Below, piece by piece: positions 38,828-51,477 of a stretch of 64,000 nucleotides of DNA. Source of the DNA: Dipteris shenzhenensis. Its lineage: Eukaryota. How positions within the stretch are numbered: the stretch's first letter is position 1; every line of letters starts with the position of its first letter. The notes beneath the pieces are model-generated. The model was not told where the DNA came from, ran no database searches, and saw only the letters and a list, made by a program, of their open reading frames with translations. Where the stretch lies: the NCBI GenBank assembly GCA_047967505.1, contig CM106538.1; one strand, 5' to 3'. The translations under genes were made by a program, and so were the position numbers.

Positions 38828-38979
38828 TGTAGGAACAAAGTGGAGACAGGTTGTTAACACAAGTGAGTAAGAGTGCACACACAAGAAAGCTCCAATAGAA
38901 ATGTTCATATGAAACAATACAAGTACAACCATAGGGTTGACTTTATGCCTACAACACCATATCTTTGTAATCTCTTACA
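38828..38979 (-). repeat. Copia 5' LTR (152 bp)
   Basis: Adjacent to the PBS at 38814-38825; direct repeat of 19189-19372. Confidence 0.95.
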
Positions 38980-40052
38980 GATTCTTCAGAGCCAAAGCCA
39001 AAGGATAAATGTAAACATGTGGCATTGTTAACCCTAAATGCATCTATCAAATGCAGTCATTAGATTTGCATGTGTGCAAAGCGACAATCTCCAATTGTAA
39101 TAAGTTGAGCTTACTAGAATAAGCAGTAGAGAGGAACTAGAGATAGGTTAGCAATAACATGTTCAAGACCTCTTGAGAGAACATTGGAATATCTTCCTAA
39201 AATATCTACCATGAATCCATATTCTAGAAAGAGAAATATTAGATCTAGTGAGAGAGTGTGGAAAAACCCAAAACCTCTCCTCCTTCCTCACCTTCGGCGA
39301 CCTCACCTTCCTCCAACCTCTTTCCCCCACTCCTCACCCCTACCCAGTCCCTCTCCACCCTTCTCTCTCTCTACTCGAGTGAAAGGTCATTTTCCAAGAA
39401 GGTATTTAAACAATGTAGGTATTTTCCTTCCCCCATTTTGTTTTGTGAGTGTTGAAGCATGTTTCTCCTTGCTCTCACGAGGCATCAAAGCCTTGGATTT
39501 GAACACCAAGTGTCTTTTTAGATTAGAGAGAGAAATAATATTTGATAAAGAGGCTCAATTATCTTCATTAGTCCTAGAGGAGTACCAATGCTCATGTATA
39601 AATACCTTATGAATAATGAGAATCCATCAATTAGCTTCATTACTTTCAAAAAGAGAGTGCCAAGACTCGGGTATAAATACCCAATGAATAATGAGAACCC
39701 ACACTCTTTGGGCGCAAATATACTGAGGAGCACACTCTAACTCAGCTCAAACAAAGATCCACTGAACTTATAGGAAACCATGAAGGCAGGAAAATGGGTG
39801 GTCTTCTGGAAGGACAAGCATTGATCAAGGAATTCAAATCTAAGTCTACTAATGTAATGAAAGCCACCTTATGATACGACTAGAACATAGATTTGCTTTA
39901 AAATAATTTTTGAGTTGAGATGCCATGTGCACTTCTTGACTCTCTGAAACTAAGAGATGTAGTAGCTATTCTTTTTGGTGTGTACTTTGTCTCATAGGCC
40001 CGTGAGACCTTCTGCAAATTTTAGGTCTTTCTTTCTTTCCATTCCCTTTGTT

Positions 40053-40056
40053 GTGT

Positions 40057-40094
<38 letters not shown>
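40053..40094. repeat. (TG)n microsatellite
   Basis: About 20 TG units with one interruption. Confidence 0.95.
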
Positions 40095-40097
<3 letters not shown>

Positions 40098-40418
40098 TGG
40101 TTATTTGGCAGATTTAAGACGTCTTTATCTCAATACTCACTCTTTTTCTCATGGGTGAGATATTGGGCTCTTTGGACAATTTGGGAAGAACATAATTTGG
40201 CATATTTGGGCCGTCAGTTTCAAAAGTCATATGAATCCTTTAGAGCCTCATTGCGGCAATCTTTATATGATGCCTGCCTTGAGGGTGATATACATGCATC
40301 TTGCATTGAGCTTTTCTTTTTATGCTTCTGATCTGTGGAATACTCTCCATTTTGGAGACTTTCCCTCTTGTAAAGTTTTGATATTATAAATATATAGCAC
40401 TGGATTTACTAAAAAAAA
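40095..40418 (+). mobile_element. Heavily 5'-truncated L1 (copy C), 3' end with poly(A)
   Basis: FWLFG...FFSWVRYWALWTIW is homologous to FWLFG...FFVWVRYWALWALW of copy A. A-run at 40411-40418 followed by GTGTGTGT. Confidence 0.8.
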
Positions 40419-40442
40419 GTGTGTGTAAGAACATGGTGCTAG

Positions 40443-43400
40443 TGTGTGTGTGTGTGAGTAGTAAGAGAGAGCGAGAGCTCTAGCCTTCCGCAACAGCTCT
40501 AGACCCTCCCCCAACCAGCCCGTGAGCCTCAGCTTCCTGTTGCGCTGTATCAGAGCTCAAAATACGGTGATTTGGAGCAGCTACTATCTGCCGTACAGCC
40601 CGCCACAGCCCCGTACAGATTCCGTACAGGTGTACGGCCTGTACGGACTGTTTCGCCTACTACAAGTTGCTGCTGCCAGTTCATCTCCGGCTCCTGGATC
40701 GATTTTATACAGGGATTTGCTTGCGGACTACATCTATACACCGATTTTGAAGGCTCTTTGCTCCCGTTTCTCTCCTCTTGGGTCTCTGGGTCCGGTGCAC
40801 CTTTTCCATCGCCAAAATCTTCCCTCTTTCTCTGAAATATAGTTCATCTGGGAATTTTTACTGGTTTTTTCTCTCCTTTTTCTCTCTAAAACTGTTTTTT
40901 ATCTTCTCTCAACCTCTACATCTCTCTTTTCCCTTTTTCTCCTTACAAATACACTCTTTTTCTCTTCTCTGTGGGCTTTTTTGTGGGCTTTTTTTGGGAC
41001 TGTTTTTTTCTCTACTATCACTTTACAGGTACCTCCTTTCTGGGTTCCACCTTCTTCCAAAGCTATGGCTGAATATTCCTATGAAAAAACTTTTCAAAAG
41101 GATCGTTCAGTTCATTGCAAGAAGCAAAAGCAGACTGAGGGTCAGCATGACCCGGTACATGATTCTGTTGAGGCACAACTGGTCTATGATGTCATGCATG
41201 AAGGATTTGCAAACACAAGGAAATAGTGGAAAGACTCGGTTCCATCGGTTGGCCTCATGGTTGAAGTGGATGAAATTGTGGATCCAGTTAGAGAATATGC
41301 CAAAAATGCAGTCATTTTATTTTTCCCAGGCCGGATGCCACCTGCTGCAGAGGTAGGCAACTAGTTGACTCGCACACTGGCTGGCTCGTTTGTTCGCAAG
41401 GTACACTATGCAGCCAGGGATTTTTTTGAGGTCATTATGGTAGATGAGATACACAGGCAAATGCTTTTGGAACATTCACCCCTCTTTTTTGGGCAGCAAA
41501 TGGTGCACATATTGCCATGGTCTCCCACAAGGGATTTTCAGGCTTCCGATGTCCAGTCTGGGTTGAAGTTGTAGACTTCCTGCAATGCATGGCTTCACTC
41601 TTGCCTAAAATTGCAGCGACTTTAGGCAAAGTGGTCTGCCCACCACAGCCTAATGGCAACTCGAATCAATTTTGCATTCTCTGGGATACTGATAATCCCA
41701 CACTAGACTCTTACTCAGTCACGGTGAACAATGTCGACATGGGAAGTGCTTTTTATAAATTGAAATGGGGATTATTTGCAGGGGCTTGCTTTGACTGCAA
41801 AAAATTTGGACACATGGCTTCACAGTGTCCAATGAATCAGCATAAAATGCCTCCTGCTACTTTGCCTGTTCAAATGCCTACTAAAGATGCTTCTACCTCC
41901 ATTGGAAATAAAAACAAAGGTAGTAGACAATTTTTTGGAACTCAGGATAAAGGCAAAGTTCTAGTGGTTTCAAATGGGAATGTTTCTTCACATTCACCTC
42001 CTGCTATTCAACCCTCAACAAAAGGACCGAAACCTCCAATTGATGGATGGCAAAGTCCAAGAAAAGTTATTTCTGCTCGAAGACTTCCACCCCCTCGCAC
42101 TTGGAATGGTGCGTCTTCTAGTGGAAACTCCCCAGAGGTCAATACAGGAATTGGGATCACATGGGCTGCAGTGACAGCTAGCAGAACACTCTTCCCTGAA
42201 GAAGAGGTTGCTACTTTGCTATCTACTCCTCAGGTGGATATTTTTTCTCAGGGAAGAGGCCATGACCCTGAGATAGAAATGCAGGGCTGACATCATGAAG
42301 TTTGCTGTTGTACATAGCTGTTATTTTACTATAAATATCTGTAAATATGACTGCTCATATCAAATGTTTTACACTTAATATCCAGGGGATGTGTGACAGT
42401 AGGAAATGGAAATCTGTGTGGCTGTATTTCAATAGATTTCAGCTTGACATAGTGGCATTACAAGAACACAACCAACATGTCTATGCAGGAAAGACAGGTC
42501 ACTATTGTGGCTATGATATTTTCTATGCTAGGGAGCACTCTTTCTCAGGGGTAGTCTTTCTGATCAAACATGAGCTTCAGCCAGTTATTGCTTTAAATGA
42601 CAATAAAGGCAGATGGCTTATTCTTCAATGCATCATTCAAGGAGAGGTGTTTGAATTTGCTTCTGTCTATGCACCTCAATCCTCTCGAGAAAGAACTGCA
42701 ATTTGGGATGCCATGCAACAATATCCATGGAGATATCATGCCTTTATATGTGGAGATTTCAATAATGCTCCACAACAGGGTGACAATACCTCTAGACATA
42801 CTCATAGGTTAACCCTTGAAAGACATGCATGGTCTCAATTACTGATGCATTTTGATTTGGTTGATCTTTGGAAGGAATTGCAGCCTTTGTCACCCGGATA
42901 CACCTTTCAACATAATGTTCTTTCTTCTTATCAGGCACGTTTGGATCGATGGTATAGTGTAGCTCCGCAACAAAATGGTGATGTTACATGCAAAATGTGG
43001 ATTGACTATGCCTTTGTGCATTCAGATCATGCACCTCTGTGGTTGAGGTTATCCTTTTATGATATGCCAGATGATAGATTGCCACAAAGGCGACATCTGA
43101 TAGTGAACAATAGCTATTTGCAGCATGCTGCTTTCAAGGCCATGGTTATTGAAGCATCTCATTCTTTGTCTTCTCACAACCATATTGATATTGATAATGC
43201 ATGGGATTCTTTTGTTTCCAAAATGCAAGTTGTGATTAGAGGTTATGGCAAGTCTTACATGAAGACTCTGAGGGAAACTATTGCTCAGGCCAAGTTCACT
43301 TGTCAGGACCTCACCGGAACTCAGCCATCTTCGTTCGTTGTCCTTGCATGAGCAAACAACACTATGCCAAGCTAGACATTGTCTTCAACTCAATGATCAC

Positions 43401-46253
43401 AGGAAACTGGCTAAATGGGAGACTAGAGCAAGACAAAGAGCCTTTACAGATAAAGGCTGTTCTTCCAAACAATTTTTCAAAAGCTTGCATTAGAGGAGAT
43501 TAAAAACAGAAATTTGTAGGGTGCTTCTGCCTGATGGTTCATGGACTACCTCACGGTCACAGCTTGCTTCTGTTTGTGTGCATCATTTCTCTCAGCAGTT
43601 TGGTTCTGCAGTTCCTCCCTCGCAACATGTTCTGTTTGCACGAAATTTACTGTTACAGCATGTTTCTCCTATTATTTCCACTACTCAAGCTTTGGAATTG
43701 GAGGAACCTTTTACTGAGAGGGAATTGTCAGATGCAATCAAATCTTGTGGTAGATGGAAATCTCCAGGTTGGGATGGTCTTACAGTTGAGTTTTTTCTAG
43801 AATATTGGCCTCTTTTGAAGCATACATTGCTGCATATGGTGAACGCTGTGCTTGGCAAAATCAGAAAATGCCAGACACATGGAAGAGAGGTCTTGTTAAA
43901 CTCCTTCCAAAAAAGCAAATTTGTGAATCTTTGGCTGATTGGAGACCTATCACCCTTATGCCAGTCATTTACAAAGTTACTACCAAAATGATTGTCGATC
44001 GGCTAAAGGGGTTTTTACATGATGGGTTGCATCCTGCGCAATATGGTTTTGTTCCGCGTAGGCATATCACAGATAACATTGCTAATGCCTATGTTGGAAT
44101 TGAATATGCCAAATACGCGCAACAGGATGTTTTGCTATTGCAAGTTGATATTGCCAAAGCCTTTGATACAGTTAAGTGGGATTTTATTTCATCGACTATG
44201 CAGGCATTGGGATTTGGCACAAAAATGCAGCAAGTTATCACTAGGCTATATCAAGATAGTAAAGCTGCCCGCATACTTTCAAGGGATATTTCTACAACCT
44301 GGACTCTTGGTTGTTCTGTTAGGCAAGGATGTCCCCTAAGTGCTTTACTTTTTGCCATAGCCACTCATCCAATGCTTCAATATCTGGACCACCTTTTGGA
44401 CACTGACCAGTTGCACGGCTTGAAGATTCCTGGTAGTCGTAGCATGATCGCTCAAGCATATGCTGATGATTCTTTCTTTACCCCAAAAAATACTCGGAGT
44501 GATCTGTCCATGATTATGCAGGCTCTTTCTACATATGGATTGGCTGCTGGTCTTTGGGTCAATTTTCAGAAATCAAAATTATTGCCATTGCATGCTCATG
44601 AATGGCATAGTCTTTTGTGGCCTAGGGAAATTGTTCCCACTTCTCAATTGATTCGACATCTTGGCTATCCTCTAGGTTGGGGACTCACCCATTCTCAATA
44701 AACTGATTGGGTGCTCACAAAGTTGAGAGCAAAACTTGAATATTGGAAGCTTGCAACTTGGCCATTACATGTTCGTTTGCGAATAACACAATCCATTTTA
44801 ATAGCATACATACAATTTTATCTGCCTCTCATCATGTTCACTAAGGTAGATCTGGTTTCCTTTATGTCTGCTATCATGGAAATTTCTGGTGTTCAAAAAA
44901 TGGCAAGAAAAGTCTCAGATTACTCTCTATGCATCGTCTCTGTTCTCCAAAGATGCACGGGGGTCTGAACATTATCAATATTCAAATGCATCTACTTGCT
45001 CACAGAGGGAAAATGATGTTGCAATTTATGCAAGGAGATCAGCCTTGGGCTTTCATGATCCGCTCTCTTTTATTACACATTCATACTTCTGCTTTTGGGC
45101 ATTGACAGCCTACTTACTGGGATTTCTTATTTGGCTCTATCCAAGGCAGGATCAGAGGCTGCCCTTTTGCCTCTCGTCTGCTTCTTGATTGGAAACATAT
45201 TTTATCCCACTTGGAATGGAATGGAATGGCCGGGATTCTTTGTCGGGAAATTCTTTGAGGGCTGAGAATATTTATTGGTCTAAAGTATTCCACCCTTCTT
45301 TGGCCAACAAGAACCCAGACGTTCTTATTTTCTCTCTTTCAAAGGCATTTCTTTTGTGGCGGATGTACTTCAGGATGATGGCACTCTTTTATCCTTTTCT
45401 ATGGCTGCTAGCAAATACGGTTTGGGAGCTCATTATCGTCCTTTATGGCATAGGATTTCAGCAATGCTTCAACCATTCTTGCCGGTACCTCGTTTGGAAC
45501 TTCAGAATAGGCTTGAGGATTGGATTTTACATTCTTCTTCCTCTTCAGCCCGTCCTTTGAAGCTCTCACATATCACAGTGTCATCTCTGTATAAAGTGCT
45601 ATTATTTCCGCCTTGGATTTCTGACAGAGCAAATGCTGTTTGGCATATAGATTGCCCACTAAAGTGGTGGAGAAAGCGACTGCGTCTCCTTTGGCATTAT
45701 AAAGTCCCTCTTCGGCAACATCTTTTCCTTTGGCAAGTCCTACTTGGCATTTTTCCATGTGGCCAGTTACTCGCACATAGACATATTGCTCCGACTGTTT
45801 GCCACAGATGCCTATACTATGCTGAATCTGTGCTTCACATCTTCTGGCACTGTCCACACACTTGTGATTTCATCGCTCTCATCCGACAGAGGCTTCAAGC
45901 GAGATTTCCTACTGTTACTTTTGGCAAGTTTTTCTGGTTGTTTGGTTTTCATCCAGCTAGACAGGGTTTTGACTTATTTTTTGTATGGGTACGCTACTGG
46001 GCACTGTGGGCTTTATGGATGGATAGAAATCATAGAGTCTTTGGTGATCCCCTATTTTCATCTTTTGTTTTTTTCAAACGATCTCTGTAGCAATCATTCT
46101 ATGATTGCGTTTAGACTCGTTTGATTGATCAGGATGTATATACAGCTTATATTGAGATTTTGAGTTGAGTAGTAGTTACTCCACTTTCGAAGTAACTATG
46201 AATGTAATTATTCTACAGCAATAAAAGATTTCTTCCCACAAAAAAAAATAAAT
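40443..46253 (+). mobile_element. Full-length L1-clade LINE (copy A): ORF1 about 41065-42290, ORF2 about 42347-46168; 17-bp TSD
   Basis: TSD TAAGAACATGGTGCTAG at 40426-40442 and 46254-46270. ORF1 is DUF4283-like (ILPWSP, CPVWVEV) with CFDCKKFGHMASQC. ORF2 has APE (LQEH, VYAP, GDFN, SDH), RT (WRPITL, RQGCPLS, YADD) and zf (CHRC...HIFWHC). AATAAA and poly(A) near 46220-46248. Several stops and frameshifts. Confidence 0.95.
40591..40646 (+). promoter_or_regulatory. CCGTAC cluster in the L1 copy A 5' UTR
   Basis: CCGTAC at 40591, 40611 and 40622; GTACGG at 40632 and 40641. Confidence 0.6.
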
Positions 46254-46270
46254 TAAGAACATGGTGCTAG

Positions 46271-49200
46271 CCCTCGTGCTCCCACACTACAACTGCTTGT
46301 TTGTCCCTCAGTTTGATGCCCTCGAGGTTTTGTTTGACACCCGTTTGTGTCTGTACGCTCTGTCAAAAAATTCCCCCTAAAAAAAAGTACTATAAAAAAT
46401 CTGTACGATTTTGTCCGTACAGCCAAGAAAAATCCATACAGTTTTGTCCGTACAGTCGGGAAAATCCGTACCGTTTTGTCGTCAAAATAATAATAATAAT
46501 TTTTTTTTTCGTATTGTCAAAAATCCGTACGATTTTGTCTGTACAGCCAAGAAAAGTCTGTACAATTTTATACCTATTGTGCTTTCCTCCTTGTAAAGCG
46601 TTGTTGCTTCCAAGCCTTTTCCTTAACTCGAATGACAGATTATTCCCATGAGAAAACCTTTCACAAAGACAAGTCGGTTTCCAACAAGAAACAAAAATAG
46701 GTGATGGATTCAGATTATTCCCTTCATGACTTTGCTGAGGCTTAGCTGGTTTATGAGGTTATGCATGAAGGGTTTGAAGACACCCGCAAAGGTTGGAAAG
46801 ATCCACTTCCCACCACTGGCATTATGATGGAAGTGGATGATATATTTGATCCAGTTAAGGAGTATGCAAAGCATGCCATTATAATTTTCTTCCCAGGATG
46901 GATGCCTGATGCAGCAGATGTTGGGAATTGGTTGACTTGAACCCTGGGTGGTTCTTATGTCAAAAAAGTTCATTATGCAGCGAGGGGCTTTTTTGAGATC
47001 ATCATGGTTGATGAGGAGCACCGTCAGGTTTAGGTGGAGCACTCTCCTCTCTTCTATGGCCAGTAGATGGTCCATGTCCTGCCCTGGTTTCCCACTCAGG
47101 ATTATCAAGCATTGATTTGGCATCGTTGTGCTGTTTGGGTAGAAGTTGTGGATTTTCCTTAATGCTTATCTTCTCTTCTACCTAAAATTGTAGCTTCCCT
47201 CGGTAAGGTGGTATGTCCACCGCGACCCAATGAAAAATTCGAATCGCTTTTGCATTTTGTGGGATACGGATCACCCCACTCCAGCTTCATATTCGGTTAG
47301 TGTGAATAATGTTTCCATGGGGAGTGCCTTTTACAAGCTCAAGTGGGGACTGTTTGCAGGTGCTTGCTTTGAATGCAAGCAATTTGGACACATGGCTTCA
47401 CAATGCCCTTCCCGAGCTCCACGGACGCCAGTGCAAGCTGAAATGGTTCAACCTTTGAATAAGAATGCAAATGCCTCTTCTGTGGTAAAAAACAAAGGGG
47501 TAAAACAAAGGGGTCAAACAGTTTTTCTTTGTTCAAGACAAAGGCAAACCCCGGCTGTCTCAAATGGTAATGCTTCTTTTCCTGTGCCTTTGTCCTCTCC
47601 ACCTCAGGGGAAGGGGGAAATTTTTATTGACTGATGGATGGCAAACTCCTCGCAAAGTGATCTCCCCCAGGGGACCTTTGCCTTCTCGGACTTGGAGTGG
47701 TGCATCCTCTCATGGGAAAACACCTGCTGAAAACTCTGGTGTTGGCTTGACCTGGGCTGTTGTGACTGCAAATCAGACCTTGTTTCCTGAAGAAGAAGTT
47801 GCTGCACTTTTGTCCTCTCCTCAGGCTGATGCTTCATCCCAGGGCAGAGGCTCGGACATTGAGGTGGAAATGCAGACGTAGACAGCTCGTTAGTTGCTGT
47901 GCACCTATCCCATAACTGTAAATATGCTTGATCATCTGAAGTGTGTTACTCTCAATGTACAGGGAATGTGTGATGGTCACAAATGAAAACTGTTCTGGAT
48001 GTATATCAGGCAATTGCAGCCTGATATAGTTGCTTTGCAAGAGCATAATCAGCATATGTATGCTGGTCAGATAGGCCATTTTGCTGGTTATGATATCTTC
48101 TATGCTGGAGAGCAGTCCTTTTTTGGTGTGGCTTTTTTGGTAAAGCACGACCTTTAACCTGTTGTGGCTCTCAATGATGGCCATGGTAGATGGCTTCAGT
48201 TGCGCTTGGTTGATCTCTGGAAGGAATTACAACCCATGCTTCCAGGCTATACCTTTCAGCATAATGCTCAATCTTCTTATCGGGCACGCTTGGACAGATG
48301 GTATCAAATTGATCCACAGCATTGTGATGCCTTTACTTGTCAAATTTGGGTTGATCATGCTTTCACACATTCGGATCATGCTCCTCTTTGGTTGAGGCTT
48401 TCCTTACATGAATTTCCCACTGACAGATTGCCTTGCCGAAGGATTTTGCTGATTAATAATAGTTATCAGGAGCATGCTGACTTTAAAGCCTTGGTCTCTG
48501 ATGCTATTCAGCCTCTCTCTCGTCAGATACACATTGGTTTGGATTATGCCTGGCTTTTGTTGCTCGGATGCAAGCAGTTATTCGAGATTATGGCAAATCC
48601 TATATGCAAGACACAAGGGAGACTGTAGCACATGCCAAATTTACTTGTCAGAGTTTGACTGCGCTTGCTCATCTTCGCCCTTTGTCTTCAGAGGAAAGCA
48701 TGCTCTTATGTCAGGCTCATTTCTCTCTTCAATCCAATGATCGCAGAAAGCTTGCTAAATGGGAAACCCGATCTAGACAACGGGCTTTTTTGGATAAAGG
48801 CTGCTCTTCCAAGCAATTTTTTAAGAGTTTACACTATAAAAGACAGGCACTTCTCCACTCATTTTGGGCATGTGGATACTCTTTCTCCTCGGGTCGTGTC
48901 TGCACGTCAGCTTCTTTTGCAGCATATTCATCAAATTTGGTCTGATGCTCAGGCTTCGGAACTTGAACATCCCTTCACTGAAAGGGAATTGTCTGATGCA
49001 CTGAGATCCTGTGGCAGACAGAAATCTCCAGGATGGGATGGTCTCACTGTTGAATTCTTTCTTGCATTCTGGGATCTTCTTAAATTCACATTGCTGCAAA
49101 TGGTAAATCCAGCATGGCAAAATCAATAGATGCTTGTGTCCTAGAAAAAGGGTCTTCTCAACTTGATTCCAAAGAAGCAACTATGTGATTCACTTGGTGA

Positions 49201-51474
49201 TTGGAGGCCAATCACGCTCATGCCAGTCATTTATAAGATCATTGCCAAAATGGTGGTTGATCGGATTAAAGGTTATTTGCATGATGGGTTGCATCCCTCC
49301 CAATATGGCTTTGTTCCACGTCGCCATATCACAGATAACATTGCCAATGCTTATATTGGGATTGAATATGCTAAATACATGCAGCAGGATGTTCTACTCT
49401 TGCAGGTAGATATTGCAAAAGCCTTCGACATAGTTCAATGGGATTTCATCTCACAAACTATGCGAGCTTTGGAGTTTGGACAAAAAATGCGGCAGGTTAT
49501 TTATCGGCTTTACAGAGATAGCAATGCGGCTTGCATTCTTTCTGGGGATATCTCTGATGAGTGGACTCTTTGTTGTTCGGTCCGCCAGGGATGTCCTCTC
49601 AGTGCTTTACTGTATACCATTGCTACTCATCCTATGTTGCTCATCTTGTGGCTACAGGATCACTTGATGGCTTGGAATTGGATGCTAATCGCAGCATGGT
49701 TGCTCAAGCTTATGCTGATGATTCTTTCTTTACGCCGAAGAATACGCCCCATGATCTTGGTGCCTTGATGCAGGCCCTCTCTGTTTATGGTTTGGCAGTT
49801 GGTCTTCATGTTAATTTTCAGAAGTCTAAGCTGCTTCCTTTGCATTCCAAAGACTGGCATAGTCTATTATGGCCCGGGGATATCATTCCACCCACTCAGT
49901 TTGTTCGTCATCTTGGTTACCCTTTGGGTTGGGAACTCACTCACCAACAACAAATTGATTGGGTTTTGGCTAAACTTCAGAAAAAGGTTGAGTATTGGAA
50001 ATTGGCAACCTGGCCTTTGCACGTTCTAGTGCGATCCATCCTTGTGGCATATATTCAATTTTACTTGCCATTGATCATGTTTACTAAGGCAGATCTTACA
50101 TCTTTCATGTCTGTCTTTATGGAAATCTTCTGGCAATCCAAACATGGCAGAAAAAGTCTCAGGCTGCTTTTGATGCATCACATTTGTTCTCCCAAGATGC
50201 ATGGTGGATTGAACATCACGGATATTCATGTGCATATTCTTGTCCACAGGGGAAAAATGTTGTTGCAATTTCTGCAAGGTGATCAGCCTTGGGCTCTTAT
50301 GATTAGGACTCTGGTCACTCATATCAGTATTTCTGTATTTGGTCATTGGCAACTCGATCAATGGGATTTCTTTTTTGGCTGCACTGATGGCACTTTGCCT
50401 GGCTGCTCTTTTGTCTCCTGCTTGCTTCTTGCCTAGAAGCATGTTCTTTCTCATCTGGAATGGAATGGACGGCAATCTTTGCTTGGGAATTCTTTGAGAG
50501 CTGAAAGCATTCACTGGTCGAAAGTCTTTCAGCTCCCTTGGCTTTACAGGAACCTCGACATTCCTACTTTGTCTCGTTTAAAGGCATTACCTCGGTTAAT
50601 GATGTTATAGATGATGCTGGTACTATGCTCCCCTTTTCTCTAGCAGCCATTACATATGGATTGGGCTCTCATTATCATCCTTTGTGGCGACAAATTACTT
50701 CTATGCTTTCGCCTTTTGTTCCGATTCCTCCTTTGGAACTCCAAGACCGGCTTGAAGATTGGACTTTGACTTCTCCAGGGTCCTCTTCTCATCCATTGAG
50801 GCTATCTCAGATTATTGTACCTACATTGTATAAATCCTTTTGCCTCAATCTTGGGTTTCAGAGAGAGGTGATTCTGTTTGGTGAATGCATAGCCAAGTGG
50901 TGGAGAAAAAGATTACAGCAACTTTGGGCCTATAAAGTACCGCTTCGGCAACAGGTTTTCTTTTGGCGAGTTCTTTTGGGAGTGTTTCCATCTGGACAGC
51001 TATTAGCTCATCGACACATTGCTCCTATACTTTGCCACAGGTTTTTTCTTCTTTGGAGACTGTGCCTCACTTGGTTTGGCATTGTCCGTGCTCTCATGAG
51101 TTTTTTGATCTACTTCGATAGCGCCTACGAGCGAGATTCCCATCTGTTCTGTTTGGGAAGTTCTTCTGGCTGTTTGGGTTTCATCCATCCAGACCGGAGT
51201 TTCATCTTTTCTTCGTTTGGGTTCGCTATTGGGCACTATGGACTTTATGGACATATAGGAATTGTAAAGTCTTTGGTGATCCTACTTTCTCTCTGTTTGG
51301 CTTTTTTAGGCATTCTCTGCAGCAATCTTTCTTTGATTGCTTACAGACCCGCTGCATAGATCATGAGGTCTTTTTGGCATATACTGAAATTTTCAGTTGA
51401 TGTAATTGTAGCACCTTATTTTGAGGTTGCTACTCATATAATATAATCAATCAAAGATTTCACCAAAAAAAAAA
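46271..51474 (+). mobile_element. Near full-length L1-clade LINE (copy B), same family as copy A, with internal deletions
   Basis: ORF1 about 46632-47881 (CFECKQFGHMASQC). ORF2 about 47924-51400 with APE (deletion between GRWL and LVDLW), RT YADD and zf. Poly(A) at 51465-51474. Confidence 0.93.
46395..46565 (+). repeat. Tandem repeat of about 33 bp carrying CCGTAC in the L1 copy B 5' UTR
   Basis: Units like AAAATCCGTACGATTTTGTCCGTACAGCCAAG. CCGTAC at 46415, 46448, 46466 and 46525, plus CTGTAC and CCATAC decay variants. Confidence 0.75.
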
Positions 51475-51477
51475 GTG

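Larger units (their letters stand above)
19189..38979 (-). mobile_element. Ty1/Copia LTR retrotransposon (decayed) with nested insertions; TSD GATTC
   Basis: LTRs at 19189-19372 and 38828-38979 (TG...CA). TSD GATTC at 19184-19188 and 38980-38984. PBS at 38814-38825 and PPT at 19373-19384. Gag, PR, INT, RT and RH occur in Copia order on the minus strand. Confidence 0.95.

Noticed and set aside
40778-41356. Hydrophobic 192-aa ORF suggesting a membrane or env-like protein
   Set aside because: Translation of the T/C-rich L1 5' UTR, out of frame with ORF1.
46395-46565. CRISPR-like appearance of short repeats
   Set aside because: Tandem units without unique spacers, no cas genes, and a eukaryotic LINE context.
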